Both the position numbers and the translations under genes were made by a program. Source: Coniocarpon cinnabarinum (lineage: Eukaryota). From it: a DNA stretch of 64,000 bases. This document shows positions 23,874 to 36,673 of this stretch, one piece after another (position 1 is the stretch's first letter; every line of letters begins with the position of its first letter). The stretch covers positions 1 through 64,000 of the forward strand of contig JAVECO010000015.1 of NCBI GenBank assembly GCA_051942205.1. Reading direction: 5' to 3'. The notes below the pieces were generated by a model. The model was not told the origin of the DNA, made no database searches, and saw only the letters and a program-made list of their open reading frames with translations.

Positions 23874-25640
23874 TCAATCGTAGTCCAGCTTCTGCGCGTT
23901 CTCACTCGCCTGCGTAGTGGCGAGCACCTTGTCAAGTTCACGCCTGTTCCTAGCACGCTCAATTTCGACGGAGTCGGTGGAGCTTCCGGTACTGCTGCAA
24001 GATGAGGCCTTTCGTTTCAAACGAGACTCCATCTGTCGATCGGATGTGGCATTAGAATCGGTCTTGACTGAGGAGGGCTGCGAAGGGGGACCTAGATGGC
24101 GGTTGGTCACGGGCAGGACTTGACTTGATCCGGAGAGTGACTTGCTCGCAGAATTAGCAGCTTTTGGCTCGTGAATGGTCGTCTTGCTTAAAGCATGACT
24201 GACTTCCTGAATTTCACGCTCTAGAAGTTCTCCGTCGCCAGTAGAGCTGTCCTTCGACAAGCTGGGTGCTTTCTGCGCCTTAGTAACAGTTGTATCGCCA
24301 GCAGACATTGGCACATCATCCTCAAGCAAATCGGGTATAAGTTTTGGCACTGGAGCAGGTGCGGAATGCTGCTCGCTGTAGTCGAGCGGCTTTGCGCGGC
24401 GAAACATTTGGCTCGGAGGCGCTGCTCCGACCACCTCGTCGTAATTGAGCTCTTGCGCGGTTTGTGGGAGCGTCGGCGCGTCCCAATCGCTGTATACGCG
24501 CAATCCTTGCGGTGTACTTACCCTCATAGTCCTGGGTTGCCGAGGAGGAGCTTGAAGGGCTTTTGGGTGCTCGAGGCCAATAGACGCCGTCGCGCTTGTT
24601 TCACGAGGTGAAAGAGCAGTGCAGGGCGTGTCGCATGGATCTTTCTGAAAGTGCGCCTGAGCTGGCCTGAACACAGAAAACCTGTTAAGACGATCTCGAG
24701 CGAAAGTTGCTTTATCAATTGAATTGAACGTGATGTAGATGAACCGCTGGGCGTTCTCGAAGACTTCCAAAATCCCATGCATTCCGGGGTGATCATGGGG
24801 ACTCAATTTTGTGCAGATGTAATGTATCGAAAGACGTGGGGGACACGACTTCACCACAAGGCGACGGGTGGCCCCGTGATTGACGATATTGCCGTAAGTC
24901 AGCGTCGAAACCGGTATTGTCGGGGTATGCAACAGCGATACTCTGGCAGAGGAGCTCATAAAGGTCAGAGGCTCCCGGAGACAGTGCTTGACAAAGTCGC
25001 GCGCAGCAGTCTCCTCAAAAAACTGCACCATAGCAGACACCGATCCACAAGTGGATTTTGTATCGAGAAGCACCATGGAGACAACCAGGCCGCCACAGAC
25101 TTTCCCGGCCAGCTCTTTGAGGGTGACTGTTGCCGGCAGTTCGGTAACAATTACAGTGCGGAGGTGGCCACTTATGTCCCGTGGAGAGAAGCGAGGTGCA
25201 TCTGGATTATCATAAATTGCCCGAACCTTGGGATCGTTCGGGTACGAAGGATCATCCGCGTTCCTCGATCCGTTGTTGTCGTGACCAGATGAGTCCAATT
25301 CAGGGGTGGTTTGCTGCAAGTCTGGAGGAGCAACGCCACTAGGGGTTGTATGCTGACGTTGGTCTTCCTTCTCAGAGGAGGGTCGACTCACTGGTCCGGG
25401 CAAGTTGGCCTCTAGACAAGAGACTCCTCCCGATTGAGGTGGGACTGTTCCATGTTCATGCTCCAGCAAAGGGAGCTGCTTGTCACTCGAGTAGTGGAAG
25501 GCCAGCTGCTGGACCAGGTAAGTATTGACAGAAGTCAATTGCTTGTTCTGAAGTTGCAGATGAGAGACTTCTGCCTCCAGTGTGGCATTCCTCCGGTGCA
25601 GTTCAACGAGTGCGTTGACCTGCTCTGACCAGAGAGCCAT
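23874..25640 (-). CDS. Fungal protein with N-terminal coiled coil and two degenerate RRM-like domains
   Basis: 588-aa ORF; RTVIVTELP..V.GG.VVSM..SAMVQF and ATRRLVV...YITFNSIDKA..AR...F.KDPCD. The 5' end is uncertain. Confidence 0.7.
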   Translation of the reverse strand: MALWSEQVNALVELHRRNATLEAEVSHLQLQNKQLTSVNTYLVQQLAFHYSSDKQLPLLEHEHGTVPPQSGGVSCLEANLPGPVSRPSSEKEDQRQHTTPSGVAPPDLQQTTPELDSSGHDNNGSRNADDPSYPNDPKVRAIYDNPDAPRFSPRDISGHLRTVIVTELPATVTLKELAGKVCGGLVVSMVLLDTKSTCGSVSAMVQFFEETAARDFVKHCLREPLTFMSSSARVSLLHTPTIPVSTLTYGNIVNHGATRRLVVKSCPPRLSIHYICTKLSPHDHPGMHGILEVFENAQRFIYITFNSIDKATFARDRLNRFSVFRPAQAHFQKDPCDTPCTALSPRETSATASIGLEHPKALQAPPRQPRTMRVSTPQGLRVYSDWDAPTLPQTAQELNYDEVVGAAPPSQMFRRAKPLDYSEQHSAPAPVPKLIPDLLEDDVPMSAGDTTVTKAQKAPSLSKDSSTGDGELLEREIQEVSHALSKTTIHEPKAANSASKSLSGSSQVLPVTNRHLGPPSQPSSVKTDSNATSDRQMESRLKRKASSCSSTGSSTDSVEIERARNRRELDKVLATTQASENAQKLDYD

Positions 25641-27031
25641 GACTAGTATTGTACGAGGGCGGTCGACTCACTTATCATGAACAATCTAGAGAAGAGAGTA
25701 CGCAAAAGCCCGGATGGAGATCATGGCTGTTTGCAATGAAAGAAGAAGAGTGGAAGAAGGAATCTCATGAAGCAAGTGCAAGTAATGAGAGCGGCGATAA
25801 GCGGAATCATCATTGTCACTCTCGACTGAGCATTTGAGTAACTCACTCTTGCACTTGCAAGCCAATAGGGACCAGTCTCCCCTGGCCAACGAGTCTTTTA
25901 CACTTCACCTTGCATGTTTTGACGCAGGTACCAAGCCGACGGACGTCTAGCGCATCCTCGGAAGCTTGTGATTCCTCGAAGAAGGAAAAGAGTATTCAGT
26001 TTCAATCATGAACGAACGAGCAGAGACATTGCTCAGAGACAAGTCAAGCGGTCTGCTATGCAGAAGGACAGATTGCACGTCTTCAATCTTTCACGACTAT
26101 TGAAAGTGGAGCTGAGCTCTTATGCAAATCAAGTGAACCGTCAGAGTGAGAGGAGCTCCTCCACCATCCAATCTGAAACGCATGAGGGACGATTGGTTCC
26201 TGAAAAACGACGTAGTGCATCAGACACCGCACTCACTCGCATCCATGCCTTGACCCGCCGAAAGATCGAGGCGACGAGGCAGGACAGTAGAGAGTTTACA
26301 GGATGAAGTGCAGTTGTTGAGGATGGGATGAGTGAGCTTGGCGAATCATATTAGGCAGGTGATGATCACGCCGATGAGCTTGTCCAATGACAGACAACGA
26401 ATGGAATGGAATGTCCTCCTGGCCCCCACCGTGCCCACTTTTCCCCTACGAACAGTGATTCATGCTCAATGGCTGGTCTTGTCGGTAAGGTAGTTATGCA
26501 GGCAGCGCAGTCGCTGGAGGGCGAGTGTGCTATCGAACATTCTTACATGAGGAGCAGCGAATGCGATCATGGTGCAGAGACGTAGAAGAGGCCGTGAGTG
26601 AGGCATACAGCAATTCATCAGCAAAAAGGGCGAGGACTGGCTGGTGCAGGGAACTCGAGGGATACTGTACTCTGCCCTCAGCAAAGGTGATGAAAACGCC
26701 TACGCACCTGCAGGCTCGGGACATTCCTTGTCACGAACGATGTACCGAGCCTGCTGTGGTTGGATGCCCGCCACGTGAGGTGATACCCGCGCCATTCGAT
26801 CCATCCCCGCATACGAGCGCCCGCACGGCTTCGGTTATTGGACCAAGCGCCTTGGCGTCGCATGCGTGGGATGTCGCTGCGGTACTTCCTACTCGTAAGT
26901 ATGAATAATCAAGGCCGTCAGCGTGGAGCGAGGATCGAATCCTTCTTGCCCTTTTCTTATCCTGCTCCCTCTGCCTCGTCCTCCTCCTCCTGCACTTCCT
27001 CTCGCAGTCAGTCCTCCACCCAATCCTTACA

Positions 27032-28647
27032 ATGACTGACACCAAGAGCTCGAGCGATCGCTCTCCGTCTGACGATGAGAAAACGCTTCCGAAGAGCGTA
27101 GAGGTCCATGACGGTATTATCAAGACGTCTGACGGCGAGGTGCTGCAAGATCCCGACGCGCATCTCTCAGACCACGAAAAGCAACAAGCCGTAAGTTATC
27201 CTCGCCAGCGATCTCGCTACGTCGATTTCCCACCTGGTGCGACTGCATCACTGATACTGAGCGATTGCAGGAGCGGAAACTCCTCTGGAAGCTCGACATC
27301 TATCTCATTCCCTGGCTCACGCTTCTCTATCTCGTCGCCTTTCTCGACCGCACCAACATAGGCAATGCCAACGTCGACGGCCTTTCGCGCGACCTGCATC
27401 TTTCAGATACACAATACGCAGCTACGCTCTCCCTCTTCTTCGTCAGCTACTCCCTCTTCGAGCCTCTCACCAACATCATGCTCAAGCGCTACTCCCCGCG
27501 CGTCTTCCTCACCGTCACCATGACCGCCTGGGGCGTCGTCATGACGCTCATGGGACTTGTCGAGAATTTCTCTGGTCTTGCGGCGGCGCGTTGGTTTCTA
27601 GGATTGATGGAGGCTGGTCTCTTTCCAGGAATCAACTTCTACCTTTCGAGCTGGTATAAGCGGAGCGAACTGGGTATCCGCGCTGCCGTTTTCTTCTCTG
27701 CTGCCGCGCTGTCGGGTTCTTTTGGTGGGCTGCTTGCGGCAGCCATAGCACTCATGGATGGTATTGGCGGAAAGCGCGGCTGGGCGTGGATTTTCATCCT
27801 GGAAGGACTCGTGACTGTCATCCTGGGCTTGCTGACATGGTTCATGGTGCAAGACTTTCCTGCGGAAGCCACGTTTTTGACTGAGGGAGAGCGGGCGCGT
27901 GTACTGAAGCGCCTTCGCGAGGACAATCAAGCAAGTGCTGAGCATTCCAAGCTGACTATGAAAGACGTGTTGGATGCGTACAAGGACTGGAAGACCTACG
28001 CGTTTGCCATCGTCTACATGGGTTGCGACGGATCTCTTTACGCCTTCTCGCTCTTCACCCCGAGCATCATCTCAGCATTGGGCTACACATCCACCAAAGC
28101 CAACCTATTATCGGTGCCGCCGTACGCCGCTGCTGCGATCCTGACAATCATCGTCGGGTGGCAAGCCGACCGCCAACGTCGCCGCGGCATTTGGAACATC
28201 CTCTGTTCGATTTTGGGAATTGCCGGTTTCGCGATGCTACTGGGGTCTCAAACACCCGGCGTCAAGTACGCGGCCGTGTTTCTGGGCGCCCTGGGCATCT
28301 ATCCGTGCATCGCCAACACTGTTACCTGGACTGCGAATAACAGTGAGGGCGTGTACAAGCGCGGCGTGGTCACCGGCACGGTCATTGGGTGGGGCAACTT
28401 GAATGGCGTGGTGTCCAGTGAGGTGTATCGAAGCAAGGACAAGCCCAAGTACTACCCGGGGCATGGCGTCGTCCTGGGCTATTTGACCTTGTTCCTCTTC
28501 GTGGGGTCAGTGGTGACCGAGCTGCTGCTAATGAGGGAGAATAAGTTGCGGAGAGCGGGCAAGAGGGACTACAGGGCTGAGGGCAAGACGGAAGAAGAAA
28601 TCATGGCTTTGGGTGATCAAAGACCTGACTTTATCTACACGTTGTGA
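27032..28647 (+). CDS. MFS transporter, Dal5/Tna1 (anion:cation symporter) family
   Basis: ERKLLWKLD, FLDRTNIGNA, RWFLGLMEAGLFPG, SWYKRSE, GWAWIFILEG; about 12 hydrophobic segments. Intron 27191-27270. Confidence 0.93.
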
Positions 28648-29078
28648 GTGATGAGGCGAGAAGCAAGGGACGACATGTAAATGGGCAACCTTCACCACCA
28701 TAGACAAGTAACTGATGTATCATTGAGCATGATTCGATTTTCTCATTGGTCCAGAATGGGACAATATTCTCCCAATGGATATTTGCGCCAAGCATGTGAG
28801 AACAAAGAAGTCTTGCTTTTGATTCTACCCCGGGTGTCGGGACTTTGTGTAAATTTCATGTCTACAAGTTATGCGAATAAGTTTAGTGATCGTAAATGGC
28901 GTCTCAATCCCTCCAATATATGCACGTCTGGGTCCGGTGCCAGTTTCGTTTACAGCAACCACGACCGATAGACCAAAGCTCTGAGGTTCGCTGAATGATG
29001 GCCTTCGAAGTCCATCCTCTTGAACTCTGGTCACAAAAGCTTTCTGCGCCATTCCAAAGAGCATATCAAAATCAATCC

Positions 29079-29839
29079 TTATTTCCTGATCTTAGACAGT
29101 CGGTGCGACTTTGATCGGCCTTCTTCCATGACGGACACGGTGGCTGAGGCCGCGTCACGCGCGCCCTTTTCACCATTCTGGTCGGGATAGTGGTGTGGGT
29201 CTGCATTGGGTCCCCATCCGACGGGGACTGGTGTCATAGTAGCGCGGTTGACCTTGCGGTCATGGCGCCGCTTCAACCAAACCCCAGCGACGATGATCAA
29301 TGCAAATCCGACGATGAGGACGATGACCATTGCCACCCATTTGGCGTGCGAGCTCCACCTGTGGATGGAAATGTCAGTTCCAATGACACAAACACACCAT
29401 GGGGTTGTAAAACCTACCAGTCGGAATTGTCATCGACAGGAGTACCCTCAAACGACGACGAGGTGGCGGCCGCCGCATCAGACGTTGGTGAAGCAGGAGC
29501 GCTGCTGGTGGGGGAGCTATTAGGGTCGCTGGGGTTTTGTTGAGCGTTGTGGCAATAGTTATTGAACCAGCCCTGAATCTGTTGGCGATCCGAAGCAGCG
29601 GGACACACAGAGTTGCAGATGTTGTCGGAGCTCTGGGCGAGGTTGGTTTGCTGGGTCAAGATGGTGGACTGGCAGAAGCAAGTCTGCTCGGTCGAGGGTT
29701 GTGAAAGACATGGCGCTTGAGCATTGGCGAGCTGTGTGCACGTCTGCGCGCAGAGAGGAAGCTGACCGGAACCGAACTGCAGAATCTGAGCAAGAGACGG
29801 TGCCAGCAAGACAGGCAGCAGCGCCAGTGACTTCCACAT
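29079..29839 (-). CDS. Single-pass membrane protein with Cys-rich (CFEM-like) ectodomain
   Basis: Signal peptide; 8 Cys (LPLCAQTC..C..CFCQS..C...C..WFNNYC); S/T linker; intron 29359-29417; TM segment followed by KRRHDRK. Confidence 0.8.
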
Positions 29840-30275
29840 GGTGGGCGCTGGACCGTGGACGCAGTGATGTGCGGAGGCTGGGTGGCGGGTAGCGAGCGAC
29901 CGGAGGGTATTGCTGAGGGATTATGTAGGAGAATCGAGTCGGCAAGGAAAAATAGGGGAGGCGCGATCTCCGAGCGTTCAACGGTGCATCGATTGGGGAC
30001 TCGCTGGACTGATCCTCCGCTGTCCACCTGTCGCGATAGAGCTGTCTGTTAGTTGAAGCGAGTGTCGGTGACGAAAGCAGAGAAGGAAAAAGCGACGACG
30101 GCGAGGAAAAGATGGCAAGACTTGGCCGACCGTTAGAAGCGAGGAAGGCTGGCGCGCGGGCGAACTGAGTGAAACTCGTCCATCCGATTTATCCGTATCG
30201 GGCAGCTCCGTCATCTCTCGCCGTATCCCACTTCGGGCAGCTGATGACGAATGCCAATATTCCTTTCCGCTCAAA

Positions 30276-30285
30276 GTCACGTGAC
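30276..30285. promoter_or_regulatory. GTCACGTGAC palindromic E-box (Cbf1-type bHLH site) in the divergent promoter upstream of RIB7
   Basis: Perfect 10-bp palindrome ~70 bp upstream of the RIB7 ATG. Confidence 0.45.
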
Positions 30286-30352
30286 ATGATTCCTCTCGAA
30301 CATCCATTTGAGCCGGTGGATTTTGCGTGTCACACTGAGCATCTGTAACGAT

Positions 30353-31129
30353 ATGGCTGAGGCGCTTAACTTTCCTCAGCACCATCGTCAGTCTCTCGAA
30401 CCCTATCTCCCACAGCCTCAGCGCCAGCGGCCCCACAATGGTTCCCCTGGCAAACCTCATGTCACCCTCACATATGCAATGTCCCTCGATGCTATGATCG
30501 CTGCGGCGCCAGGGACCCGCACTGCCCTCTCCGGTGCGGAGTCCAAGGCCATGACACATTATCTGCGCACTCGCCACACTGCAATCCTCGTCGGTCGTGG
30601 TACTGCGCAAGCTGATGACCCTGCCTTGAACTCCAGACTTGAAGATGCTAAGCTTGAACATCAGCCGAGACCGGTCGTCCTAGATGGCCGGGGCAGCTGG
30701 CGCCCCAGCGCTGAATCAAAAATCATGCAAATGGCTCGTGCAGGGCGAGGCTTATCACCTTGGGTATTAACGGACAGTACCAGAAGCCTGGATCCAGAAA
30801 CATCTTCACAAATAAAATACCTGCAGGTCACGGATGGCTCGCAAATCACGTGGCCGACGGTTTTGCAGAAGCTTCATGAAGAAGGCATCGACTCTGTCAT
30901 GATTGAAGGTGGTGCAGAAGTTATACAAGCTCTATTAAAGCATCATATGAATCTGGTTGACTCTTTAATTGTCACAGTAGCTCCCGTATTCCTCGGTGAC
31001 AATGGTGTACGCGTCACCTCTGATACACTGGGCAGGAGTATGATTCACCACACGCAGTGGATCACCCTGGGCGCAGATGTAGTGATGTGCGCAAAGATAA
31101 AATGTGAAGGCGAGTCTGAAGACCCCTGA
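30353..31129 (+). CDS. RIB7: 2,5-diamino-6-ribosylamino-4(3H)-pyrimidinone 5'-phosphate reductase
   Basis: PHVTLTYAMSLD, SKAMTHYLR..H.AILVG.GT..ADDP.LN.R, QPRPVVLD, SVMIEGGA. Confidence 0.95.
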   Translation: MAEALNFPQHHRQSLEPYLPQPQRQRPHNGSPGKPHVTLTYAMSLDAMIAAAPGTRTALSGAESKAMTHYLRTRHTAILVGRGTAQADDPALNSRLEDAKLEHQPRPVVLDGRGSWRPSAESKIMQMARAGRGLSPWVLTDSTRSLDPETSSQIKYLQVTDGSQITWPTVLQKLHEEGIDSVMIEGGAEVIQALLKHHMNLVDSLIVTVAPVFLGDNGVRVTSDTLGRSMIHHTQWITLGADVVMCAKIKCEGESEDP

Positions 31130-32120
31130 GCGGAGCAGGACACACTACCATGACACTCGAAGTCTTCAGCGAAACGCTTTGTGAGATGCTGTCAAATTAC
31201 TTGTAATCGACCACCTCCGTGTCGTATCGGTGATTTGTGCATCAGAAGTGCCGCTACTATGTCATCGCCATAACCTTGATGGGTTGCGTAGCAAACCCAG
31301 CCTACTTGGAACGGATGATCAGCGAGGGTTGTTCAGAGTCAAGCAGGAATCGATCCTGATGCAGAGATTGATGAGCCTTTGAATGTGCATTGGTGAAAGT
31401 TTTTAACATGCCTGCAACAACCATGGTCTCGTGGCTCCATGGGTTGGTCACTGACAAGTATCCAAGTTGACCAGTGAACTTTTGCCACATCCCAAATATC
31501 AGCAGGTTTCGAAGAAGGAAGCTCGACAAGAGACTTATGCCATGCGTGTTGACGCGATTGCTTCGGTTAGAACGAGATTGTACTTGAAGGATTTCCATAT
31601 CGCGCGGAAATTTTCATCATCATGCTCGCCTTGAGGAAGCATCCATTCGTGCTGGGAAACACAGAGCGCATTATACTACTGACAGGATAGGCACGTAAAG
31701 GAAAGCGGTCTTTCTACAAGTACTGCGTCTCTAAACCTACACATACTTGTCCTAGACACGGAGAGATGCCAAGCTGACACTTAGCAGCTCTCAACACTGA
31801 GCAGTACTCAATAGGCGCTTAATAAGACACTAGCGTCACTGAACTGAGGCAAACCACTCAAATGGGCTTTTTACGAAATACCAGGCTCACGTTAAAGCAC
31901 AAATCAGCACGCCTTAAAATCATCGCTGCAGAATGTCGCGGTCATCACAATCAACAGTCCTTCCAGAGCTGAGTGACGAGTATCACCAGAGCCAGAAAAG
32001 AGGTCTTCATTAATTATATGCTGTTTCAAAACTGCCACGTGCTCTGTGCACAAATCGATCAAAGAACTGTACGTACATCATATCGCCGACACTAAACACA
32101 ATTCTGTATCAATTAATATC

Positions 32121-33231
32121 TCACCACGTGGTACTCCACGCCCATGTCCCCCCTTCGACGTCTCCATCCTCCCACGCCACGCCCTCACCTTGCCGTTGAG
32201 TCGTATCCTCACCCAGCTCTCCCCACTGTCCGAGATCTGCAATCATAGCTTCCAGACCGCCCTCATTGCCGCCTTCGCTACTGCCTGACGGCTGCGACGA
32301 CCCTGTCACTCTTGCCTCACTTCCGGTGACGACTCCAAATCCCGTCACGGCGACACCGTCGACTGTCGCTGCAGACCCGACCACGGCAGCTGAGAAACTG
32401 GTGGTCGTGGCTGTGATAATGGAACCGGCGCTGGAGATTGTATTGGTTGCCGAAGCGGCGGCGGCGTTGGCGTGATTCTCGTAGCTTAGGGAACAGGCAG
32501 GCGTGCTGATGGCCGTGGCCGTGCAGGTGTCGTAGCAACTGGTATTCTGCGTCAGCCAAACTCCTTTAATCACTCTCGATTTCGCATCGCGTCCCAAAGT
32601 TTCTCCTTCTCCTTTCTTTATTGAACTGTCTTGGTCGCTCTCTACATTTCACCATGATTTCTCATCACGTCTCTCAAACGCAGGGGTCGAGGAAAGAGAA
32701 AAGGCAGACCTACCCTCCATACCTCACCATACTACTTCCACAACTCATAATAGCATCCACACAAATAGTGTAAGGACTACACTGCTGCGCGTCGACCCCT
32801 GTCGATCCCGTGACCGCAAGCGCAGTCGTAATCAGACTCGTAGGCGACGTCGATTTCATCGTTGGCGTCCCAAAACTCGACGTTGACGTTGATAGCTTCC
32901 CGCCTTTGCTCGAGGTCGTGGCCGAAGACTTTGAGGTCGAGATCGGCGATTTCGTGGTCGAAGTTGGTTTATGAGGTGGTGGGTGTGGATGCACTGGTGG
33001 ATGGATTGGCGGATGGTCCTGAGGGTGGATCGGAGGATGATCTGGAGGGTGTACAGGCGGATGGTTATGTGTGTGTGGAAAAGGGTGATCCTCAATCACT
33101 GGCAAGGCCTCAGGTTGCAGTGAGGAAGAGGATTCTCGGCGTACTGTTACGGTTCCAAGTGGCCGGGGTAGATCAACATCAGGTGATTCAGAAGCCGGCA
33201 CAGAACGAGCAGACAGGAAAGGTATGTGCAT
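32121..33231 (-). CDS. His/Pro- and Ser/Thr-rich protein with a small 6-Cys module; start uncertain
   Basis: Intron 32539-32713 (GTAGGT..GCTGAC..CAG) joins CSPYTICVDAIMSCG..RYGG to CYDTC...C in frame. HPPx repeats upstream. No clear signal peptide at the ATG used. Confidence 0.55.
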
Positions 33232-33722
33232 ACTCCCTACCAAAGCTTAGGGAACTAAAGACAGGGCTTCATCAGTGCCTGCTCTGCGGCTCCAAAGACT
33301 GCCTCTTATGCACGATCCTCGCCATGTGCACTTGAACCTCGGATCGAACGATCGGGTGCACTCGTCAGATCTAGAACGGGTCCCAGGGACTTCGAGAGGC
33401 AAGGGATGAATATCAAACCTTGGCGTGGCGTCGTGTGCATTCCGGTTCAGGATGTAAGCGAGGCAAGGGAGCGCAAAGGGGTGGTATTATGATAACGGCG
33501 ATGCACGAGTCGTCGTGATTGGCATCGAACGCTTTATCACTCTATAGACTTTCCGATATTAATGTCGTATCCGTAAGGAAAGCCACCAGCGCCATGCTCA
33601 AACGAATATGCCAACTGTACAAACTATTACGACTGTTCCGACTGTTCCATCGGCCCAAGTTCAAGTGTCTCTCCCATGGATGGTGACTGGTCAACCGTCC
33701 TATACCACGGGCAACAGCGCTC

Positions 33723-36673
33723 CTAGAGGGTAAACATTCCCGTCCGAAAACCCTTGGCCCATTTGCCGGCTTTTCCAAATGGATAAATCAATACAGTCCC
33801 CACATACAGCCCAACAGTGATGCCGATTGCCACTTGGACCACATTAAAGCCCACCGTAAAGGCTGTATTGCTGGTCAGACCAGTGAGGCCGCTAGGGTTG
33901 CCGGGAGAACTTCCGGGATCCGTAGTGTTGTGAACAAGAGCATCGGCATTGGTAATGCCTTGGACCAACGAGCCGGAAACAGAGAGTCCACTGGGGACAA
34001 GCACGAAGATGGCAGGAAGCATGACAGTGGCGGCGGGAGAGTAGATGACCCGCATGGAAGATCTTTTATCTGGATGTCCCCGGCGTTTTTGGTAGGTAAC
34101 GGAAGCGGTCTGTGGGGAAGTATGTCAGCATGTCAACGTCCGTGAAGTAATGTGATATGAGCGCCTGCCTGAGCGAGTAGGGCGGTGAGAATATTGACTG
34201 AAAAAGAAGCGCGGAACTGAGCAGAAACGCTCACGTACATCTTCTTGCGACATTTGAACATCGTGGCGTTCCTCGTCGGGGCCTTGTGATACCTCCTTTT
34301 CTTCTATGCGATGTTGACATTCCTCATCGGTGGACTTGGTATTACCAGTAACGCGCGATCTACATCTTTGAGCAAAACTTTTGCCGCTTTTATCAGATCC
34401 GAATAATTTTTCAAAGGGCTTGTCAAGCTTATCGCCGATGCGACTGTAGATATTGCCAAGCACGCTGATTGTGGCTGCCGCAAGCGAGGACGAGATCAAG
34501 CCCATATTAGGTTGGAAACGTGTCGGGACATAGTTGACGACAAATCCCGCGCAGGCAATGAGCAGCATGATCGGCATCTGCTTGTACTTTGCTTGGTTGA
34601 TAACCATGAGGCAAACCGCAAATAACGGCACAAAGAGGAAATACCAACGGGCAGACATCGGGTTGGCACACGTCGCAGCCGAGCTGGCTCGCGTCTTGAG
34701 ACCCCATCCCACAATCGCTGAACCAATGGTCAATCCGAAGCCAATGAAAAGTGAATAAATGATGGCATAAACCATTCGAATTGACCCAGCAACAATCGAT
34801 TTATTCTGCAACTCAAGCGCTCCGCAGAGCACGATGTATCCAGGAAGAATCAATGCAATTGATGACTGAGCAAGAGTGGAAAAGCAGAAGAGGTCGCCCC
34901 CAGACACTGAGCCCAGGACCCGCGATAATGCACTGAGCGCGACAATCGAGAATATTTCCCAAATGGTCGCATATAATTCTGAACCTTTTGCAACGTAGAG
35001 GCGCATGAATCCCAGAAAGGTGCCGAGCACGAATGCCAAGGGTAAGTCAATCAATCGGCCCTTGAACGCAAATGGGGAGACAGATAAGCTGGCGACGCCG
35101 TGGGCGAGGATCGAGACCCATTTGTTGAACCTCGCCTTTCTGTCTCGGATTTCCCTCAAGCTCTCGAGAGCTTTATCAACACCTATATCGTCATGTAGAA
35201 CTTGCTTGTAGACCTCGTGAGTGTCTCGAAGCTTGCCAAGATCAATGCCCTCTTGAGCTCTGACTAGTTTGACATCGCTTGTGTGACTCTTTGAGTCATC
35301 AAACGAAACTACCATGCAGCCTGGGAGGTAGAGCCAATAAGCCTGCAATGCTGTCGTCAGCTGATGTTACTAGACTACGCAGCTTCCAGCCTTCAAGGTT
35401 AAATGCATCAGAAATTCGTGCATAATTATGGCTTGGAGCAAGTTGCGGATGCTAATCACTTTGCGCTTACCTCAATGCCAAGAATTCCGGAAGAGTTGGA
35501 CATGAAACTCTCGAGACGATGGGTAGGAGCACCGTACTCGATCAGTGCTTTGCACAAAATGCGCAAGTAGTGCATGCGGGTCTCCGTCGCTCGAACATGG
35601 TGTTTTATATAGCTCTGAGTACCGTTCTGCTTCTTGTCTTTCGTTGCAGTCGCCTTTTGATACACCGCCTGCAAGAGGTTGGTGCTGCTGCTGCTGCTAC
35701 CGAACTTATGTGGTGCAGCACCATTGTGTGGAAGTCCTGGGTCGCTCCTGTTCCGTTTCAACCGAGGCCGGGCTTTGAATAACTCATTTATTGAGGATAC
35801 AGAGCCGCGTGGACTTGGCAAAAGACTCCGTCGACGTGACGTGGAAGCGGATGGTGTTGAGGGCTCGGGTTCTAAGCTATTGCGTCGACTGTCCACTGAG
35901 GAGTACCAAGCTTGTTGCGCTGAAAGACCAGCTAGCCTGTACGTATTAGGCCGCGGCACGTAGTCGCCATCGAACTCAAGCTTAGGCGTGGTCTGTCCAG
36001 ATTCAAGACCCTCGGCGCCGCTATGGTAGAAGTCGGACTCACTCCCGGCTGATGAATGGTCTCGACCTTTTCTCCTCCAACGCCAAAACGGGGTGTGCTC
36101 GCTGCTATGATTTCGCCGATGCTCGGTATGGTCATCTTCCGCAAGACTTTTTTGAAGATCGTCAGCATTCCTCTTAGCTTCATCCGCAGATCGGATCTTG
36201 CCATCCTTATCAGGGATGTCAGTTTCTGCCGAGTCTGGCGGTGAACTGAATGTAATGATTGGAGTTGATGTGCCGCTTCGCAGAGCAGACTTGGGTTTTC
36301 GTGGGAGTTCGGAAGGATGCGGAGCTGGGTGGGAGGTTGGCGAAGTTGGATTCAGGACGACTTGGGAAAGCGATCTTCGAAGTTCTCTTTCCTGTTCTTG
36401 GCCAAGGATCTGTCCCGTAGACGAATGCGAGATCACGTCTTCAGACTCTCGCTTAGGCTCGAATGGGTATTCATTGAGCGTTTCTGAAGGGCTACGACCT
36501 TCAGTAGAGTCTCCACCAAGGGACCATTTGACGTTCTTCTTGCGCAGGTTAGGGTCACTCATGTCAAAGTTGTCGAAATCGCCAAATGGGGATGTCGCTC
36601 CCCCGGTGGTTGAGCCAGACGCATTGTGTAAAAGATCATCAGTCGATCCATAGCCCTTGGAATCGAAAGCCAT
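33723..36673 (-). CDS. PRM10: Pheromone-regulated membrane protein Prm10-like (ThrE/DUF1212 family)
   Basis: LCKALIEYGAPTHRLE, LYLPGCMVVSFDD, QSSIALILPGYIVLCGALELQ, MLPAIFVLVPSGL, QVAIGITVGL. Introns 35343-35470 and 34110-34238. Confidence 0.9.

Noticed and set aside
31497..31625. ATGATGA...CTGA on the minus strand in the RIB7 downstream gap
   Set aside because: Short motifs expected by chance; no stem or recognisable guide.
32552..32668. Box C (GTGATGA) and box D (CTGA) in the 175-nt intron, suggesting a C/D snoRNA
   Set aside because: The only box D coincides with the branch point, there is no terminal stem, and no rRNA-complementary guide was recognised.
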